This document shows positions 35,457-41,108 of a stretch of 41,108 bases of DNA, piece after piece. Both the position numbers and the translations under genes were made by a program. The DNA is from a virus (Duplodnaviria; Caudoviricetes). Every line of letters starts with the position of its first letter. Position 1 is the stretch's first letter. The stretch covers positions 1 to 41,108 of the IMG/VR virus record IMGVR_UViG_3300037851_000318. One strand, given 5' to 3'. A model generated the notes under the pieces. The model was not told where the DNA came from. It searched no databases and saw only the letters and a program-made list of their open reading frames with translations.

Positions 35457-36270
35457 TATCAGCAACGGGAGATAATGGGATTTGCCGTGGAGCTTGGTGT
35501 CCGGTTGCACCCGATGTAGTCTTGGCTGTGACAACTGCTGGTCGTTGGTAATGGAGAAACGGTTCCATAGGAGCGTTGAAGGCGTGATAGAAACCCATCC
35601 TGAACGCCTTTCCGTTCCATTGAAGCGCAAGAAGCCGACCGTGTATGCGGTTTGGAATGACTTGTTCCATAATGAAGTTAAGGACGGTTTCCAGGAACAA
35701 GTTTATCGGGTTATATGGTCGGTGGAATGGCATACTTTCTCAATCCTCACGAAACGCCCTCAAAACATGCTTAAATTTGTTGAATGGTATACCGATCATG
35801 GAGTTCCTTTGCCTGATAACGTATGGAATGGCCTCACGGTCTGCAACCAGCAGGAAGCAGATGAAAAGATACCAATATTCCTGCAAGTTCCGGGGAAGAA
35901 GCTCCTCTCGATTGAGCCGATGCTGGGGCCGATAAACATACTGAAAGTTCCGGGGCCAAGTCAGCCTATGAATGAATTTAGTTGTATAATTTTAGGCGGT
36001 GAAACTGGCCCCGGAGCAAGGCCAATGCATCCTGATTGGGTTCGGTCGGTACGTAACCAATGCGAACAGGCTGGAGTGCCGTTCTTCTTTAAGAGCTGGG
36101 GGGAATACATCCATGACGATCAACTTAATTATATGGATGATCTGGCGCGAGAGCTGGACGCGGCCTCTATACAGCCGGATATAGACGGGTTTTATAAGGT
36201 CGGCAGAAAACGAGCTGGCCGCATATTGGATGGCAGAACCCATAACGATTTACTATGGGTAAAGTCATGA
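35449..36270 (+). pseudogene. Gp37/Gp68-family (DUF5131, radical-SAM-like) gene with in-frame TAA at codon 9; ORF reopens at TTG 35482
   Basis: GCTRCSLGCDNCW, DLFH, ILTKRP, SIEPMLG, GGETG..ARPMHPDW, PFFFK.WG; ATG 35449 with RBS is in frame but interrupted by TAA at 35473-35475. Confidence 0.7.
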
Positions 36271-36464
36271 TGTGGCTGCTGACAGGGTTGAGTTTGGTGG
36301 GGGTTGTGTTGAACATACAACAAAAGAGATCGTGTTTTATAATATGGGGATTCACGAACGCGGCCTGGGCGATAATAGATCTGTGTGTCGGTCTATACGC
36401 TCAGGCCGTTTTGTTTGCGGTCTATTTCGTGCTGGCGGTTTGGGGATATTTTGCCTGGAAATAA
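36267..36464 (+). CDS. Short PnuC-like membrane protein
   Basis: Three hydrophobic helices; CF.IW...N..W, GLYAQ, WG...W pattern; ATGA overlap. Confidence 0.7.
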   Translation: MMWLLTGLSLVGVVLNIQQKRSCFIIWGFTNAAWAIIDLCVGLYAQAVLFAVYFVLAVWGYFAWK

Positions 36465-36599
36465 CTGATCTTTTTTAATCCCAGGATTTTTTCAGGGACG
36501 CACCCTCTTTTGTTTTTGTTTTTTTTACATCCAATAGTCCAATCATTTCAGGAGCCGCGACCGGCGCGGCAAAGAGAGCCGTGGGGGTATGGGGTCGGC

Positions 36600-36643
36600 G
36601 GGTCCTTCCTGTTAGATAAAGATCATACGGCTGGCAAAACCTC
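36600..36643 (+). other. Candidate cos site (lambda cosQ/cosN-like)
   Basis: GGGTCCT, then 23 nt ending TACG, then GCTGGCAAAACCT C; lambda has GGGTCCT, 23 nt ending TACG, then GGGCGGCGACCT C. Confidence 0.55.
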
Positions 36644-36721
36644 AAAATCTGTGTCCGGGTGATGTGATATATGAAAAATGGAAACGTGGAAATATCGGGT
36701 ATTTACGGGGTTTGCGTCAGG

Positions 36722-36865
36722 AAACAGGGGTCGGGGTGCAGGTGCCAAGGGGCGGGTGCAGGTTCCGGGGGTCAGGGATCAGGGGTCGGCAGCGGCGGCT
36801 TAATCGTGGTTCGTGAATCGCTGATCGTGTATCCGAACAACGAGCCACGAACAACGAATTACGGG
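36722..36865. repeat. Heptamer arrays (AGGGGTC-type; CGTGAAT x4 / CGAACAA x4 inverted pair)
   Basis: ...GGGGGTC AGGGATC AGGGGTC; CGTGGTT CGTGAAT CGCTGAT CGTGTAT C CGAACAA CGAGCCA CGAACAA CGAATTA CGG. Confidence 0.85.
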
Positions 36866-36933
36866 TTATGACTAATAAGTAATTAATATTATGAGCATAA
36901 GCAATCTAATCTTGATAGGGCGATAAATATAAA

Positions 36934-38580
36934 TTGAGCGGAGACGAGCAGAAAACCCCGGACAGTGGATCGCAGATCGCAGATCGTGAATCGAACAACG
37001 AACCACGAGCTACGAATAACGGATCCGGCGAGGATATCAAAGAGCTGGTTGAAAAGCGGATCGCCGAGGAGCAGGAGCAGCGCCGGGCAAAAAGCAAGGA
37101 GGCCGCGAAAAAACTTCCGGCGCCGGGCGAGGTTGATTCCAAGTATGTTTTGGAGTGCCTCGAACAAAACGAGATCGGAGACGGGCGCCTGTACGCGGCG
37201 CTCAACCAGGGCAGGTATGTATATAACAAGACTGATGAAAAATGGTACGTCTGGAGCGGGCATCATTGGGAGCGCGACATCATGAATACGGCGGTTGCTT
37301 CCGCCGAATCGGTCTGCGACCGGTACCTGCAGGAAGCCATTAATATATCATACCAGCGAAACGACGCCGTGAAGGACGGTAAAGACGACGAGGCTAAGCG
37401 CCTGAAGGAGACGCATGATAAAATTTATAAGCGCGTGTCGCGGCTTCGCACGGATCGCGGGCGGCGCAATTGCGTGATATGCGCTCATACAAAATATGAT
37501 CCGCTGGCGGTGCCGGGAGACGGGTTTGATCTTGATCCCTGGACTCTCGCCTGTAAAAACGGTGTTGTGAATCTCAAAACCGGCGAGCTTCGTCCCGGGC
37601 GTCCTGATGAATTCATCCTTCGGGCGTGCCCGCATGAGTGGAAGGGCATCGATGAGCCTGCCCCGGAATATGATAAATTTCTACAAACGACATTCGAGGG
37701 CAATCAGGACCTGATATCGTATTTAGACAGGCTGTTCGGATATGCCATTACCGGCCTTACCGCCCAGCGCAAGTTTGTCATGCTTCACGGCCAGGGGCAG
37801 AACGGCAAAGGCATCCTGATAGAAACCCTTCTTCACGTTCTCGGCCCGCTTGCCGCACCTATCCAGTCGGAAATGTTGCTCGACCAGGGAAGATCCCGAA
37901 GCGCCGCCGGTCCATCGCCGGATATAATGGCGCTCAAAGGGCTCCGCCTTGCCGTCGCATCTGAGACTGATGAGGGTCGCCGGTTCTCCTCATCCCGCGT
38001 CAAATGGCTGTCCGGCGGTGATACTCTTGTTGGCCGCTCGCCGTTTGCTCAACAGGAGATATCTTTTACACCTACGCACACGCTTTTTTTACTCACAAAT
38101 AACAAGCCGCACGCCTCCGCGTATGATTTCGCCATGTGGGAGCGTATGATTTTAATCCCGTTTAAGCTCAGCTTTGTAAATCGCGAGCCTCGTGCCGAAA
38201 ACGAGCGGTTCGCCGATCTCTATTTACAGGGCAAATTACAGAAGGAGGCTTCCGGGATTCTGGCCCGGCTGGTTCGGGGTTGTATCGAATGGCAGGAGCG
38301 CGGGCTTGATCCGCCTGCGATAGTTCTCGACGCAACGATGGAATATAAACGGGAAGAAGATATCCTTGAAGATTTTATCGAGGAGCACTGCTATCGGGAT
38401 CCGGGAGCGAAGGCGGGCGCGTCTGAATTATACGACTCTTTTAATGAATGGTTCCTTAAAAATGTCTCGAAGAAGGGTATGAGCCAGAAGAAATTCGGGC
38501 GTCTGCTTCAGGGCGCGGGCTTCGAAAAGGTAAAATCCGGCACATTCAGCTACTTAGGTCTCGGTTTGCTGGCCGGATAA
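36934..38580 (+). CDS. P4-family phage/plasmid primase-helicase (D5-like SF3 helicase)
   Basis: WYVWSG.HW, LACKNGVVNLKTG, Walker A GQGQNGKG, ASETDEG, VKWLSGGD, C-terminal winged helix; start uncertain; heptamer run at 36962-37022. Confidence 0.92.
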   Translation: MSGDEQKTPDSGSQIADRESNNEPRATNNGSGEDIKELVEKRIAEEQEQRRAKSKEAAKKLPAPGEVDSKYVLECLEQNEIGDGRLYAALNQGRYVYNKTDEKWYVWSGHHWERDIMNTAVASAESVCDRYLQEAINISYQRNDAVKDGKDDEAKRLKETHDKIYKRVSRLRTDRGRRNCVICAHTKYDPLAVPGDGFDLDPWTLACKNGVVNLKTGELRPGRPDEFILRACPHEWKGIDEPAPEYDKFLQTTFEGNQDLISYLDRLFGYAITGLTAQRKFVMLHGQGQNGKGILIETLLHVLGPLAAPIQSEMLLDQGRSRSAAGPSPDIMALKGLRLAVASETDEGRRFSSSRVKWLSGGDTLVGRSPFAQQEISFTPTHTLFLLTNNKPHASAYDFAMWERMILIPFKLSFVNREPRAENERFADLYLQGKLQKEASGILARLVRGCIEWQERGLDPPAIVLDATMEYKREEDILEDFIEEHCYRDPGAKAGASELYDSFNEWFLKNVSKKGMSQKKFGRLLQGAGFEKVKSGTFSYLGLGLLAG

Positions 38581-38592
38581 CGGTTTTTTGGC

Positions 38593-38765
38593 TGGACTGT
38601 TGGACGATTGGACGCTGTTTTTAAAGCGTCAAAAATATTAAAAATATAAACATACATTAATTAAATAGTGTTTCAATAGTCCAATAGTCCAATAAAGTAT
38701 GTAAATAGTAGTTATCTTTAATGTTTTAATTTTGGGATTTTTCGTCAATCATCCCTGTATCGTCC
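38593..38765. other. Putative replication origin (inverted octamer iterons around an AT-rich core)
   Basis: tggactgt tggacgat tggacgct, AT-rich stretch, then caatagtc caatagtc caata in the opposite orientation; between helicase and primase genes. Confidence 0.7.
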
Positions 38766-38780
38766 GAGAAGGATTTAATT

Positions 38781-40256
38781 ATGAACACACTCCCTGAAAC
38801 AATCGAGAGGATTAAGGCGGCGGCGGACATTGTTGAGGTTGTCGGGCGGTCGGTGGATCTCAAAAAGAACGGCACGGATTATTTCGGGCTGTGTCCGTTT
38901 CATTCGGAGAAGACGCCGAGTTTCTCGGTGGCGCCAGATAAGCAGATATTTTATTGTTTTGGCTGCGGTGCTCATGGGGATGTAATCGAATATATTGTAA
39001 AAAAAGATGGGATTGTGTTTGTGGAGGCGGTGAAGATGTTGGCGGAACAATATGGGGTTGAAATAGAGGGCTCGGAAGCCAGGGTTCAGGGGTCAGGGTT
39101 CAGGGGTCAGGAAAAGCCGAAAAGCAAAACAACGGAGTATGTTCCGGAGAAGGCTATTCCACCGGCGGACCCGTGGCGGGAAAAAGCGGAAAAGCTCGTC
39201 TCCTGGGCGCATGATAATCTTTGTAATTATGCGATATATGACTGGCGGGTTGCCGAGCTTGAAAAACGTGGGATTGATATCGAGCTTATTAAAGAATTCC
39301 GGATCGGATGGAACCCTATGGATATATACCGACCCCGGGAATCATGGGGATTGCCGACAGAGCTAAAAGAAGATGGCAAAACAAGGAAAAAGTTATGGAT
39401 TCCGGAAGGCTATGTGATTCCGCTCATGAACGGTAATGTTGTCGAGCGCGTCCGCATACGGACCGAGCGGGAGCAGCCGAAATATTATGTGCTTCCGGGA
39501 TCCGGGATGCGGTGCCTGATTCCGGGCGGGGCGTGCCGGGCATATGTGATTATCGAGTCGGAGCTTGACGCGATCATGGTTTGGGGGAAAATCCGGGCAA
39601 ACAAGATCGGAGTGGTAGCCCTGGGATCTGCTCAGCGGCATCCGGAGCTTGAAACTTACGAGAAATTGAAAACGGTCCCGGTGATTTTAAACGCTCTTGA
39701 TTATGACCAGGCGGGCAGAAAAGCAATCGTATGGTGGGAGGAGCGCTTTCCGGAGACACATCGGCGGTGGCCGGTCCCGCATGGGAAAGATCCGGGCGAT
39801 GCGTTCAAGGCCGGGCTTGATATAGCCGGGTGGATTCGGGCGGGATTGCCGGAGGCGTGGAACTGGAAGCCGAATATCGAAGAAAAACAAAAAGCGGAAA
39901 ATCTCTCGCCTCATGCCTCATGTCTTTCGCCTTCCCCTGGGACGAACGGACGTTCGGACTTATTGAATGATGTTGTTAAAGAGGCGGGGTCGGAAATCTC
40001 TTCTCTCGAAGAGCTGGTTGCCCTGGTAAAAAACTCGCCTGTGACGATTCAGACGAGTCCGGAAAGGCTGTTTATCGATGAACCGGATATATGGGAGCGC
40101 AAGAATCTGGAGAGGTCAAGGAGGCTGTCGCATCTTGTTTTTATGGATGAAGAGGTGCGCGGCGTTCTGTTTGCAATCGGCAGGGATGGTCGGGTGGATC
40201 TGGATAGATCGAATATCGAAGATCGAATAGCGTACATCGAAAAGGGGCGGAGATGA
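38781..40256 (+). CDS. CHC2 zinc-finger / TOPRIM DNA primase
   Basis: GLCPFHSEKTPSFSV, FYCFGCG; TOPRIM IIESELDA, LDYDQAG, GKDPGD; heptamer runs at 39081-39111, 39902-39936, 40207-40240. Confidence 0.9.
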   Translation: MNTLPETIERIKAAADIVEVVGRSVDLKKNGTDYFGLCPFHSEKTPSFSVAPDKQIFYCFGCGAHGDVIEYIVKKDGIVFVEAVKMLAEQYGVEIEGSEARVQGSGFRGQEKPKSKTTEYVPEKAIPPADPWREKAEKLVSWAHDNLCNYAIYDWRVAELEKRGIDIELIKEFRIGWNPMDIYRPRESWGLPTELKEDGKTRKKLWIPEGYVIPLMNGNVVERVRIRTEREQPKYYVLPGSGMRCLIPGGACRAYVIIESELDAIMVWGKIRANKIGVVALGSAQRHPELETYEKLKTVPVILNALDYDQAGRKAIVWWEERFPETHRRWPVPHGKDPGDAFKAGLDIAGWIRAGLPEAWNWKPNIEEKQKAENLSPHASCLSPSPGTNGRSDLLNDVVKEAGSEISSLEELVALVKNSPVTIQTSPERLFIDEPDIWERKNLERSRRLSHLVFMDEEVRGVLFAIGRDGRVDLDRSNIEDRIAYIEKGRR

Positions 40257-40492
40257 AGACTGTAAAAGAGATTGTTGAGAAATATCTTATTGCAAATAAA
40301 TATGACGGGTTATGCAACCAGCCTATTGAATGCGGATGCTCTGTGCTCGATCTGATGCCATGTGATTGGGATTGTGTATCTGAATGTGTAACGGCAAAGA
40401 AGGTTTTGCAGGATGATGGCGACTGGTTGATGTTCCCGTCGGATTTGAACTCCAGTTGTATAAAACTCCCCAGGGATAATGCGGAGGATTAG
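40253..40492 (+). CDS. Small Cys-rich phage protein
   Basis: YL..N.YDGLC...ECGC...DLMPC; ATGA overlap. Confidence 0.7.
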   Translation: MKTVKEIVEKYLIANKYDGLCNQPIECGCSVLDLMPCDWDCVSECVTAKKVLQDDGDWLMFPSDLNSSCIKLPRDNAED

Positions 40493-40710
40493 CGATGTAC
40501 TATGTACGAACTTCGGCTTTTAAAAGTCCTTGTTTTGATTGCGACTTGCTGGAAGAGGATAAAAATCATGACCGGTGCCTGCGATGTGACGCCAGGGCGG
40601 AATATTCGCTGCTTGTGGATGAGCGGTTCGGAGCGCCGGGGCTGTATATCGAAGATCGGATATCGAATATCGAAAAACCAGGAACCAGAAACTATAAACC
40701 AGAAACCAAA
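40493..40710. repeat. Heptamer modules (reverse CGTACAT-type at 40493-40521; CGAATAT x4 and CAGAAAC x4 at 40641-40710)
   Basis: CGATGTA CTATGTA CGAACTT CGGCTTTT; GC TGTATAT CGAAGAT CGGATAT CGAATAT CG AAAAAC CAGGAAC CAGAAAC TATAAAC CAGAAAC CA. Confidence 0.85.
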
Positions 40711-40719
40711 GGAGTTGAT

Positions 40720-41108
40720 ATGGGCTATAAAAAAGGAACATGTAATAATTGCAAAAGGCCGGACATGAACCTGCCCGGTTATGGCCGGTGCTGGGTATGT
40801 TATGAGGCCGCGCGTAACGCCGAGAAAGCCGGTGAATCTATTGAGGAAGCGCTGGCCACTGTGAAAGAGAGAGTTAAGGTTAAGAAGGAGTTAAAGGGCA
40901 GGAGTTGGGGAAGGAAGGGGAAGGAAAAGAAGGTGTCAGGGGTCGGGGGTCAGGGATCAGGAAAAGAAAAGCTGAAGATCGAAGATCATACACCGAATGT
41001 CAAAAAGCCAAACCCTGAAAGGTTTGCCGGACTGGTGTCATATAAAATACCGGGGGCGGAGCCATGGGGCGTTATGCATCTCGAATTCAAATCCGAGCGG
41101 GATGTAAA
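40720..41108 (+). CDS. CxxC..CxxC protein, truncated by the window end
   Basis: AAGGAG RBS; MGYKKGTCNNCKRPDMNLPGYGRCWVCY..., open to the end of the window; in-frame heptamer modules at 40931-41008. Confidence 0.65.
   Translation, partial: MGYKKGTCNNCKRPDMNLPGYGRCWVCYEAARNAEKAGESIEEALATVKERVKVKKELKGRSWGRKGKEKKVSGVGGQGSGKEKLKIEDHTPNVKKPNPERFAGLVSYKIPGAEPWGVMHLEFKSERDV

Larger units (their letters stand above)
1..41108. mobile_element. Temperate lambda-like siphophage genome segment, non-integrated (attP) configuration
   Basis: Continuous head-neck-tail-lysis-attP-integrase-immunity-replication gene order; no host housekeeping genes; phage genes on both sides of the tRNA-derived att core. Confidence 0.95.

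Noticed and set aside
35473-35475. Genome-wide stop-codon reassignment
   Set aside because: Other genes are intact under the standard code and TAA terminates many of them; this is an isolated lesion
36671-36871. 66-aa ORF (GSGCRCQGAGAGSGGQGSG...)
   Set aside because: It is largely a translation of heptamer arrays with no convincing RBS; the same applies to 40502-40768 and the minus-strand ORFs over 14559-15789

Overview
The whole window is phage DNA: about 41 kb of a temperate, lambda-portal-type siphophage. The terminase genes are not in the window. The + strand carries head genes (gpW, portal, S49 protease with nested scaffold, decoration protein, gpE capsid) and neck genes. A ~6.4 kb accessory block follows (fibre-like proteins plus a glycosyltransferase-like / GT-A / FkbM methyltransferase trio). 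After it come the tail tube, a -1 frameshifted G/GT chaperone, the tape measure, a modular 1578-aa fibre, a tail-tip protein with an inserted LapG-like cysteine protease, and a lysis cassette. An intact attP (3' half of tRNA-Val(CAC) with arm sites) sits next to a tyrosine integrase, followed by cI/cro/cII-like genes, early genes, a lambda-like cosQ/cosN candidate, and a P4-type helicase plus CHC2/TOPRIM primase flanking an iteron origin. The most unusual feature is a family of about 20 short tandem-repeat loci (7- or 8-nt units of several sequence types). Most are built from modules of four units plus a partial fifth behind an AAAA(G/A)C anchor, placed at stop codons and start codons of core genes and in-frame in protein linkers. 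All family assignments come from motif recognition by eye; no database search was run.
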